A DNA stretch of 32,000 bases. Origin: Geotalea daltonii FRC-32 (GTDB lineage Bacteria; Desulfobacterota; Desulfuromonadia; Geobacterales; Geobacteraceae). Shown here one piece after another: positions 25,642-32,000 of this stretch (positions are counted from its first letter, which is position 1; the number at the start of each line of letters is the position of its first letter). The stretch covers positions 3,900,001 to 3,932,000 of the forward strand of contig NC_011979.1 of NCBI RefSeq assembly GCF_000022265.1, written 5' to 3'. Made by a program: the position numbers and the translations under genes. Below the pieces are notes generated by a model, which had not been told where the DNA came from, did no database searches, and was given only the letters and a program-made list of their open reading frames with translations.

Positions 25642-26853
25642 CTATTTTTTTGTCTTTTCCAGCTTTGTCTTGAGCAAATCGCCCAGGGTGCCCATGGTCT
25701 TTGTTGCGCTTTCAGCAGAGGAACGGCGGAAATCTTCAATCGTCCGCTCTTCTTCTTCCGCTGCCCTGCTCACTTCAGCAAGTGACAGCGACAGCCGCCT
25801 GTTCTCCCTGTCCACGCTCTCTACCTTGACCTCTACGGTTTCCCCTTCCTTCAGGACTTCTCTGGGATGGTTGATACGCTTGCCGGCACCAAGCTTGGAG
25901 ATGTGAATCAGCCCGTCGATGCCGGAAGCAAGTGTAACGAAAGCGCCAAACTGAGCCAAGCGGGCCACCTGCCCCCTATGAAAAGAGCCTTCAGGGTAGT
26001 TGGCGGCCACGTTATCCCAAGGATCGGCAAGGGTATCCTTGAGGCTGAAAGAAATCCTGTCGTGCTCCCAATCGATCTGCTTTACGACCACTTCCACGTT
26101 CTGGCCCACGGAAAGCACCTCGCTTACATCCTTTACCCTGGTCCAGCCCAGCTCGGAGATGGGAAGCAGTCCTTCAATACTGCCGATGGATACGAAGGCG
26201 CCAAAATCACGGATGGAGGTGATGGTACCCCTCACTGTCATCCCTTCCTTGAGGATTTCCTTCTGTGCTTCCTTCTGCTTTGCCGCCTCTTCTTCCAATA
26301 TTGCCCTGTGGGAAAGGACCAAGTTCCGGCCATTCTCTCCATATTCAGTTATTCTGAAAGATAGATGTTTTCCGATGACATCTGCCCCATTGTCGAGCCT
26401 GCGCATGGCAATCTGAGAGTAAGGGCAGAAGGCACGAACACTGCCGCTGATCTTGACCTCAAATCCTCCCTTGACCTCCTTTTCCACATGGCCGTCAACA
26501 GGAATTCCGTTTCTCCATGCATCTTCCAGTTGTGACTTTCCCGCCGCGCCACTCCCCAGCTTTGTAGTGAAGCGCAACTCATTGTTTACCATACCCAAAA
26601 ACCAAGTGGTGATGGTTTCACCTTCTTTAACGGTTACCTCGCCATCAGCATTCAAAAGTTCTTTTTTCTCGAGGACTCCCTCCCCTTTTCGGCCGGTGTC
26701 GAGGAAAATCCAGTCGCCGCTTATCTTCATGATTTTTGCGTCTATCTTCTGTCCCGGCTCCAGGCGGGTCTGTGCGGAAAAACTTTTTTCAAACAGGTCG
26801 GCAAAGCTCTCTTCTGCCGATTCCAATTCCTCTTTTTCATCATTCGTGCTCAT
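25642..26853 (-). CDS. S1 RNA-binding domain protein (about 4 S1 repeats, shorter than canonical RpsA)
   Basis: Repeated S1 signatures (GTITSIRDFGAFVSIGSIEGLLPISEL, GQVARLAQFGAFVTLASGIDGLIHISKL), with acidic N- and C-terminal tails. Confidence 0.8.
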   Translation of the reverse strand: MSTNDEKEELESAEESFADLFEKSFSAQTRLEPGQKIDAKIMKISGDWIFLDTGRKGEGVLEKKELLNADGEVTVKEGETITTWFLGMVNNELRFTTKLGSGAAGKSQLEDAWRNGIPVDGHVEKEVKGGFEVKISGSVRAFCPYSQIAMRRLDNGADVIGKHLSFRITEYGENGRNLVLSHRAILEEEAAKQKEAQKEILKEGMTVRGTITSIRDFGAFVSIGSIEGLLPISELGWTRVKDVSEVLSVGQNVEVVVKQIDWEHDRISFSLKDTLADPWDNVAANYPEGSFHRGQVARLAQFGAFVTLASGIDGLIHISKLGAGKRINHPREVLKEGETVEVKVESVDRENRRLSLSLAEVSRAAEEEERTIEDFRRSSAESATKTMGTLGDLLKTKLEKTKK

Positions 26854-26888
26854 GCTTTATTCAACCTCACAATCGATATTTTCAATGA

Positions 26889-26917
26889 AAATTAGTGTAA
26901 AGTTATGATTAAGTCAA
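26889..26917 (-). promoter_or_regulatory. Sigma70 promoter for the S1-domain gene
   Basis: On the minus strand: TTGACT (26917..26912), 17-nt spacer, TAATTT (26894..26889). Confidence 0.4.
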
Positions 26918-26960
26918 CAACATAAAGGAAATACAGGGCTTCACCTTTACCGGCTTTTGA

Positions 26961-27851
26961 TCAAGGAAGATCAGACAGGGCTTGAAGTATGGGGATATAC
27001 TCCTCTCCAGCAATCGATTTCACGACCTGCAGAAAGTCTTCGGGCAAAGGGGCAAAAACCTTTACGGACTCTCCCGTCGCAGGGTGAATGATTGAAGATC
27101 TGAAGGAATGGAGGGCATGACCTCGCAGCTCGTTTAAGATTGAACCGCCGTAGCGGACATCGCCGCATATGGGATGACCTATCGACTTGAAATGCAGACG
27201 GATCTGATGCATTCGTCCGGTAATGGGATAGACAGCGACCAAGGCATGGCGGAGTCCATTGAAAAGGGTCTTGTAGCGTGTTTCGGCCTCCTTTCCTCCA
27301 AGTGGAACAGTGATGGTACCTTCCCCTTGCAGTCTCCCATCGACAATGGCCAGATACAGCTTGTCCAGACCGTCTTCTTTCAGTTGCCTGCCGAACATTC
27401 CGGCAGCTGTGGAACTTTTGGCCAGGATGACCGCACCAGATGTGCCACGATCAAGCCTGTTCACTGGTCTGAGTTTTCCATTGCCTCCATCCCGCCTGTT
27501 CAGCAACCGTGACCCCACATCCACCAGGTTTACGTCATCAACTTCTGCAGCTCGATGCATGGGCAACCCAGGTGGCTTGTTGAAAACGACTATCCAGGTA
27601 TCTTCAAAAAGAATCTCCAGATCCGGTCTCACCGAACGCAGCAGCGCTTTTGTTTTGCCGCTTTCCTTTATGGTAATGACATCTTCAAGACAAAGGACAG
27701 AAGAGCTTTCTGCCGGATGATCGTTGACACGGACATGAACGGATGATGCGAGTTTACGTACATACGAAGGTGAAGCATCCGGTAGTATGACATGAAGGAA
27801 GCCCTCCAGCTGGCGACAGTGATCAGCCGCGGAAACTTTGAACTCAAGCAT
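26961..27851 (-). CDS. RluA-family pseudouridine synthase (S4-like N-terminus + catalytic domain)
   Basis: Catalytic motif VNRLDRGTSGAVILAKS, later HQIRLH. SD GGGAG lies before ATG 27851. Confidence 0.85.
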   Translation of the reverse strand: MLEFKVSAADHCRQLEGFLHVILPDASPSYVRKLASSVHVRVNDHPAESSSVLCLEDVITIKESGKTKALLRSVRPDLEILFEDTWIVVFNKPPGLPMHRAAEVDDVNLVDVGSRLLNRRDGGNGKLRPVNRLDRGTSGAVILAKSSTAAGMFGRQLKEDGLDKLYLAIVDGRLQGEGTITVPLGGKEAETRYKTLFNGLRHALVAVYPITGRMHQIRLHFKSIGHPICGDVRYGGSILNELRGHALHSFRSSIIHPATGESVKVFAPLPEDFLQVVKSIAGEEYIPILQALSDLP

Positions 27852-27938
27852 TGAAACACTCCCTTTGATTTATAAATGAAACTGATAGTGGCATTGCCGG
27901 CTATGGTTGTCAATATTACTCATGAAAAAAGAAAGCTC

Positions 27939-27967
27939 TTGATTTTTCCCAAGAGGAAAGATAAGAT
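27939..27967 (+). promoter_or_regulatory. Sigma70 promoter of the candidate 6S RNA
   Basis: TTGATT (27939-27944), 17-nt spacer, TAAGAT (27962-27967). It is divergent from the RluA-family gene. Confidence 0.45.
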
Positions 27968-27975
27968 GTAATTAA

Positions 27976-28170
27976 TCTTAAGGATCTCTCGGATATACGC
28001 AGAAATATTTTGAGGAACCTGTCGATATTTAACTTGATGATTTTCCCAGTACAGACGTGGTGTGCAAGCCCTCCTTTGGAGAAGGAAGCCTTAAGCGTTT
28101 TCTGGGGAAATGCTGAACACAAAGGGCAGAGAATTCAAAATTTATGCGGTATTCGGGAGCAGCTTAAGGA
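27976..28170 (+). ncRNA. ssrS: Candidate 6S RNA
   Basis: A 366-bp gap contains no credible ORF. The 5' and 3' ends pair over a long range: CTTAAG 27977-82 with 28163-68, CTCTCGGATA 27986-95 with TATTCGGGAG 28150-59, and CGCA 27998-28001 with TGCG 28145-48. An inner stem pairs TTTTCCCAG 28041-49 with CTGGGGAAA 28102-10, leaving a large unpaired central region between the two stems. The motifs CGATATTT and GAAGCCTTAA also occur in E. coli 6S as I recall it. A promoter lies upstream and a terminator downstream. The ends are approximate. Confidence 0.55.
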
Positions 28171-28171
28171 C

Positions 28172-28205
28172 AAAACCCCGGCGTAACAGCCGGGGTTTCT
28201 TTTTA
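28172..28205. terminator. Bidirectional intrinsic terminator (pcm on the minus strand, candidate 6S RNA on the plus strand)
   Basis: AAACCCCGGC - GTAACA - GCCGGGGTTT, followed by CTTTTT on the plus strand and preceded by an A-run that gives a T-run on the minus strand. Confidence 0.7.
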
Positions 28206-28217
28206 GATGATATCCCT

Positions 28218-28871
28218 TTACCAGCCTTCAGCACCATAAAGAGGGACAAATCTCACCGCACATAGCTCTTCAACTGTGAAGTCCGATCCACTTTTCCGTC
28301 TGGCTCGCACCAGCATCTGCAGTGTCTGGTAGGAACCGACCGGAACCACTAGTCGGCCACTAACCTTCAACTGCTGCAAAAGGGCTTTGGGTAACTCGGG
28401 AGCGCCGGCTGTGACAACAATGGCATCATATGGTCCATGTTCTGGCCAGCCCAGTGAACCATCGCCTGCCATAATTTCAATATTGTCATACCCCAATTTA
28501 ATCAGTCGCTGACGGGCGCTTGTTGCCAGTTCCGCGATCCGCTCCACCGAATAAACCTTCTTGACGATGCGACTCAAAACAGCTGCAGCATAGCCAGAAC
28601 CGGTACCTATCTCCAGAACGGTGTCTTCTGAAGAAAGTTCCAGTGATTCGGTCATATATGCAACCATATAGGGCTGGGAAATGGTCTGACCGTGGCTGAT
28701 GGGCAATGGGTAATCCTCATAGGCAAGGCGCTCCTCTCCTTCCATGACAAAAACCTCCCGCGGGACATCGCCCATCGCCTTCAACACCGCCTCATCGCTA
28801 ATGCCCCTGGCGATCAGATGCTCCTTGATCATCCTTTCACGGTGCACGGCCATTGATTTATCAACAATCAT
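28218..28871 (-). CDS. pcm: Protein-L-isoaspartate O-methyltransferase
   Basis: GISDEAVLKAMGDVPREVFV, QTISQPYMVAYMTE, and the SAM motif VLEIGTGSGYAAAVLS. 217 aa. Confidence 0.92.
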   Translation of the reverse strand: MIVDKSMAVHRERMIKEHLIARGISDEAVLKAMGDVPREVFVMEGEERLAYEDYPLPISHGQTISQPYMVAYMTESLELSSEDTVLEIGTGSGYAAAVLSRIVKKVYSVERIAELATSARQRLIKLGYDNIEIMAGDGSLGWPEHGPYDAIVVTAGAPELPKALLQQLKVSGRLVVPVGSYQTLQMLVRARRKSGSDFTVEELCAVRFVPLYGAEGW

Positions 28872-28902
28872 AATAGACCTCTAGCGGGTGCAGTATCCAT
28901 CT

Positions 28903-29391
28903 TCACCGTTTGTAGCCCATCTTTCGCAGCATAGCCCGCCGCTCATTACGGTCAGCGTCAGTCTCCACCCCTTTTGGCGGAAATCCGTCTATCACGCCAA
29001 CGACCCCCCAGCCCTTGTCCGTTGAAGCGACTATTACCTGTAGCGGATTGGCCGTAGCGCAATAGATCTGGCAGACTTCAGGACAGTTTTTTATGGGGTT
29101 CAGGACATTGATGGGAAATGCATCCCCCATGACTATGCAGAAAACATGACCGGCACCGATGGCCTGCATGCTCGTTACGCAACTGTGAATCAGTTCGTCA
29201 TCGTTTCCTTCCGTGCGAATCAGGCAAGGTCCGGATGCCTCTGTGAATGCAATGCCGAAACGCGCTTTCGGTACCGTGGCAACCATGATTTCATAGAGAT
29301 CCTCCACCGTTTTGACGAAATGGGTCTGTCCAAGGATAAGGTTACATCCGTCGGGGATGTCTATCTTTACGGCGTGCATCTCAAGGTTCAT
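28903..29391 (-). CDS. Adenosine-specific kinase-like protein (PF04008 / DUF355 family)
   Basis: GQTHFVKTVEDLYE, FGIAFTEASGPCLIR, GAGHVFCIVMGDAFPINVLNPIKNCPEVCQIYCATANP matches my recollection of this small, mostly archaeal family. Confidence 0.7.
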   Translation of the reverse strand: MNLEMHAVKIDIPDGCNLILGQTHFVKTVEDLYEIMVATVPKARFGIAFTEASGPCLIRTEGNDDELIHSCVTSMQAIGAGHVFCIVMGDAFPINVLNPIKNCPEVCQIYCATANPLQVIVASTDKGWGVVGVIDGFPPKGVETDADRNERRAMLRKMGYKR

Positions 29392-29436
29392 ACATTCCCC
29401 CCTTTGGGATCGAGAAAATAGTTGTCATATTAAAAT

Positions 29437-29464
29437 ATTCTATCAACCCATCAGCCATAAGCAA
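29437..29464 (-). promoter_or_regulatory. Sigma70 promoter for the PF04008-pcm unit
   Basis: On the minus strand: TTGCTT (29464..29459), 16-nt spacer, TAGAAT (29442..29437). Confidence 0.4.
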
Positions 29465-29486
29465 ATCAGCCTTGTCTGTACCAAGC

Positions 29487-29519
29487 AAAAAAGGCCGCTA
29501 CTTTCAGTCAGTAGCGGCC
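29487..29519 (-). terminator. Intrinsic terminator (second of a tandem pair)
   Basis: GGCCGCTACT - TTCAGTC - AGTAGCGGCC is a perfect 10-bp stem. On the minus strand it is followed by TTTTTTGC. Confidence 0.7.
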
Positions 29520-29556
29520 CTTTTCCCGGCTCAAAATATAGAAAACTTATACAGAT

Positions 29557-29588
29557 AAAAAAAATGACTGCCCAGGACTGAGCAGTCA
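29557..29588 (-). terminator. Intrinsic terminator directly after the small membrane protein gene
   Basis: TGACTGC - 10-nt loop - GCAGTCA. On the minus strand it is followed by TTTTTTTT. Confidence 0.6.
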
Positions 29589-29614
29589 CTTATACAAAAA
29601 AATTGCTGGTAAGA

Positions 29615-29989
29615 TTACTCAGTGATTTTGACTGCCGTCACGTAATACTCAGACTCGCCGAAACAGCTGGTTGGCACTCCCTTGTGCTGCTCGTAAACCA
29701 GGGATACTCTTTTTCCCATGGAACTGGTGATCTTCTGAGCGACAGCTTCTTCTCGTACGCTGAAAAGGAACTTTTCCGGCACTGCGCCCGGGACGGGAAC
29801 CATGGATAGTTCACCTTCCCATGTCTTGCACAGCCATCCTTTACGTGAAAATTTCTGGATGTAACCTGCACGTTCCCCGCTTGAGTAACTCCAGGTCAAA
29901 GCAAACCAGGTATAGGCGAAAAAGCATCCGATCAACAGAAGCATTACTGCGGAAACCCATAAAGCTATTTTTGATCCTTTGATACCCAT
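29615..29989 (-). CDS. Hypothetical membrane-anchored protein (one N-terminal TM)
   Basis: 124-aa ORF, MGIKGSKIALWVSAVMLLLIGCFFAYTWFALTW, followed by a soluble domain. I recognise no family. It sits 19 nt downstream of the MTA phosphorylase gene. Confidence 0.6.
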   Translation of the reverse strand: MGIKGSKIALWVSAVMLLLIGCFFAYTWFALTWSYSSGERAGYIQKFSRKGWLCKTWEGELSMVPVPGAVPEKFLFSVREEAVAQKITSSMGKRVSLVYEQHKGVPTSCFGESEYYVTAVKITE

Positions 29990-30008
29990 ATTATGACTCC
30001 CAGGAAAA

Positions 30009-30872
30009 TTAGAGATATTTTCCGATGATGATATCCAGATTCGCCCTCGTTTGCGGGGGAATCACTGCCCTGTCGGTGATAACCGCATACTGCATGGCAG
30101 AAGCGCAACTACATTTTCTATCTCTGCCAATACGGCCGACGGCATTTTTGATTATGGCCTTTGCCATGGTAACGTTCTTTCGGACTATTTCCAGTATGGC
30201 ATCAATGGATACGTCCTCATGGGATTCATGCCAGCAGTCATAATCGGTAGCCAGAGCTATGACTCCGTAACAGATTTCTGCCTCCCTGGCCAGCTTGGCT
30301 TCGGGGACATTGGTCATTCCGATAATCGAGGCGCCAAAAGAACGATACATGACAGATTCTGCCCGAGTTGAAAATGCCGGGCCCTCCATGCAGATGTAGG
30401 TTCCCCCCCTGTGAACAGTCGCGCCTGCGGCCTGAGCTGCGGTATAGAGGCTGTCCGAAAGCTCGGAGCAGACCGGATCGGCAAACTGGGCATGGGCAAC
30501 AATGCCATTGCCGAAAAAGGTATTGACACGGCTGGCATTGGTGCGGTCTATAAACTGATCAGGTATGACAATATGGCCGGGAACGATTTCTTCCTTCATG
30601 CTCCCCACCGCTGAAACGGAAATCAGGTGTGTCACGCCCAGCTTTTTCATTCCGTATATATTTGCACGAAAATTGATCTCTGAAGGCAAGAGCCGGTGCC
30701 CTTTGCCATGGCGTGGTAAAAAAACCATCCGCACTCCATCCAGAGTACCGGTAATAAAATCGTCGGAAGGATCTCCAAATGGGGTTGTCATGGAAACACT
30801 TCGTACATCTGTCAGCCCATCCAGCTCATAAAGGCCACTACCGCCAATTATACCTATTACCTGTCCGCTCAT
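30009..30872 (-). CDS. mtnP: S-methyl-5'-thioadenosine phosphorylase
   Basis: VIGIIGGSGLYELDGL, TPFGDPSD, FLPRHGKGHRLLPSEINFRANIYGMKKLGVTHLISVSAVGS. The start is placed at ATG 30872, preceded by GGAGG. Confidence 0.9.
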   Translation of the reverse strand: MSGQVIGIIGGSGLYELDGLTDVRSVSMTTPFGDPSDDFITGTLDGVRMVFLPRHGKGHRLLPSEINFRANIYGMKKLGVTHLISVSAVGSMKEEIVPGHIVIPDQFIDRTNASRVNTFFGNGIVAHAQFADPVCSELSDSLYTAAQAAGATVHRGGTYICMEGPAFSTRAESVMYRSFGASIIGMTNVPEAKLAREAEICYGVIALATDYDCWHESHEDVSIDAILEIVRKNVTMAKAIIKNAVGRIGRDRKCSCASAMQYAVITDRAVIPPQTRANLDIIIGKYL

Positions 30873-30914
30873 ACCGCCTCCTTGAATTAATTGCAGCCAT
30901 AACAACGAAACCGG

Positions 30915-31952
30915 CTAATTGCCTCCTGTCGTCACCTTATCCAGTCGCCCTTTCAACTGCCCACATGCTGCGGAAATATCGCTGCCCCGACTTGAGCGGG
31001 TAATGACCGTCACATGCTTATCGAGAAGAAATTTGTGGAACCGGTCAATGGAGTCCTGCGTCGGCGTCCTCAGATCACAGCCTTCATGCTCATTGAATGG
31101 TATCAGATTCACCTTTGACGGGAATGTGCTGATGAGTCTCACCAGGCGCTTTGCATCGTCGAGCGAATCATTAACCCCTTTGATCATCACGTATTCAACG
31201 GTTATCCAGCGTCGCGAAGGGAGAGGAAAAGCTTTGCAGGCTGCAAGAAGTTCCTTCAGGGGATAGCGACGGTTGACCGGCATGATCCTGTCACGGACCT
31301 CGTCGGTAGTGGCATTCATCGAAATGGCAAGATTTACCATAACCGCGGCCCCCAGTTCTGCCATCTCGGGTACAAGGCCGGCTGTAGACAAGGTCACTTT
31401 GCGGGTTGAGAATTGAAAGCCATCCGGATCGGTCAGAATGCGCAACGCGCCGATAACATTTTCAAGATTGGCCAAAGGCTCGCCCATCCCCATAAAAACA
31501 ATGTTGCGGACAGGTTCATTCTTTTTAACCGCACAAACCTGATTGACAATCTCGGCAGTAGTCAAATTTCGTGTCAGCCTGAAGGTGCCGGTAAGGCAGA
31601 ACTCGCAGCCCATGGCACAGCCAACCTGGCTGGAAATGCAAAGGGTATTGCGATCTTCATCGGGGATAAGTACCGATTCGACAGCATTGCCATCTGACAA
31701 ACGGAAGAGATATTTCTTTGTCCCATCGGCAGAGGACTCCACCGCCTCCGCTTCCAGGTTGCTGATCCGGGCAGTTTTTTCCAGCTCAGCCCTGAAATCC
31801 TTGGAGAGATTGGTCATCTGGGCGAATGAGGTGGCATTTTGCTGGTAAAGCCATTTGAAAATCTGTTTGGCTCGGAAACGTTCCTTGCCTTGACCGGTAA
31901 TATGGGCTTCCAGCTGGGACAGGGTAAAGTTTTTTATATCTACTTTTTCCAT
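30915..31952 (-). CDS. rlmN: 23S rRNA/tRNA (adenine-C2)-methyltransferase RlmN, radical SAM
   Basis: [12 protein letters not shown], radical-SAM cluster motif [19 protein letters not shown], and the C-terminal CGQL motif. 345 aa. Confidence 0.92.
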   Translation of the reverse strand: MEKVDIKNFTLSQLEAHITGQGKERFRAKQIFKWLYQQNATSFAQMTNLSKDFRAELEKTARISNLEAEAVESSADGTKKYLFRLSDGNAVESVLIPDEDRNTLCISSQVGCAMGCEFCLTGTFRLTRNLTTAEIVNQVCAVKKNEPVRNIVFMGMGEPLANLENVIGALRILTDPDGFQFSTRKVTLSTAGLVPEMAELGAAVMVNLAISMNATTDEVRDRIMPVNRRYPLKELLAACKAFPLPSRRWITVEYVMIKGVNDSLDDAKRLVRLISTFPSKVNLIPFNEHEGCDLRTPTQDSIDRFHKFLLDKHVTVITRSSRGSDISAACGQLKGRLDKVTTGGN

Positions 31953-31961
31953 TACAAATAT

Positions 31962-31992
31962 AAAAGAGCCCTTCAGGTCGAAGGGCTCTTTT
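31962..31992 (-). terminator. Intrinsic terminator of the gene lying beyond the right edge
   Basis: AAAAGAGCCCTTC - AGGTC - GAAGGGCTCTTTT is a perfect 13-bp stem. On the minus strand it is followed by ATATTTGT after the T-run. Confidence 0.6.
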
Positions 31993-32000
31993 CCTTACTT

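Noticed and set aside
27916-28122. 68-aa minus-strand ORF in the RluA-pcm gap.
   Set aside because: It has no SD and no recognisable family, and it lies antisense to a region with strong RNA-structure signals and its own promoter and terminator. The 6S-like RNA explains the locus better.

Overview
The window is a 32-kb chromosomal segment transcribed almost entirely from the minus strand. Only two protein genes and one candidate RNA lie on the plus strand. Protein similarities and the intergenic hairpin repeats suggest a Geobacter/Desulfuromonadales-like deltaproteobacterium, but this is a low-confidence inference. Content from left to right, part 1: (i) a sensor histidine kinase that runs off the left edge, preceded by a LivK-type periplasmic binding protein; (ii) a visibly GC-richer envelope-stress and efflux locus, with baeS-baeR-like genes followed by an outer-membrane factor, a MacA-like adaptor, an ABC ATPase, a MacB-type permease and a MATE transporter, chained by start/stop overlaps, and a divergent Spy/CpxP-like gene; (iii) housekeeping genes (PaaI thioesterase, family-4 UDG, zinc phospholipase-C-like protein, coaBC, MBL hydrolase, YhaM-like OB+HD protein, FAD oxidoreductase). 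Content, part 2: (iv) an AT-richer signalling cluster (REC, REC-histidine kinase, USP, REC, zinc-ribbon-GAF); (v) a PilW-like TPR lipoprotein and rodZ, a PfkB kinase, an S1-domain protein and an RluA-family synthase; (vi) an ORF-free gap that I read as a 6S RNA gene; (vii) pcm, a PF04008 adenosine-specific-kinase-like gene, a small membrane protein, MTA phosphorylase and rlmN. I saw no tRNA, rRNA, CRISPR array, transposase, integrase or obvious defence genes, and I cannot point to a clearly novel multi-gene protein system. The most interesting signals are non-coding. First, a ~44-bp box occurs in the same orientation upstream of both the spy-like gene and the efflux operon (candidate BaeR operator). 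Second, there is the 6S-like RNA. Third, two hairpin elements are bounded by related inverted repeats, one in the baeS leader. Fourth, a 9.6-unit heptanucleotide tandem repeat abuts the coaBC stop codon. All family assignments come from reading the translations and from memory of the families. No searches were run.
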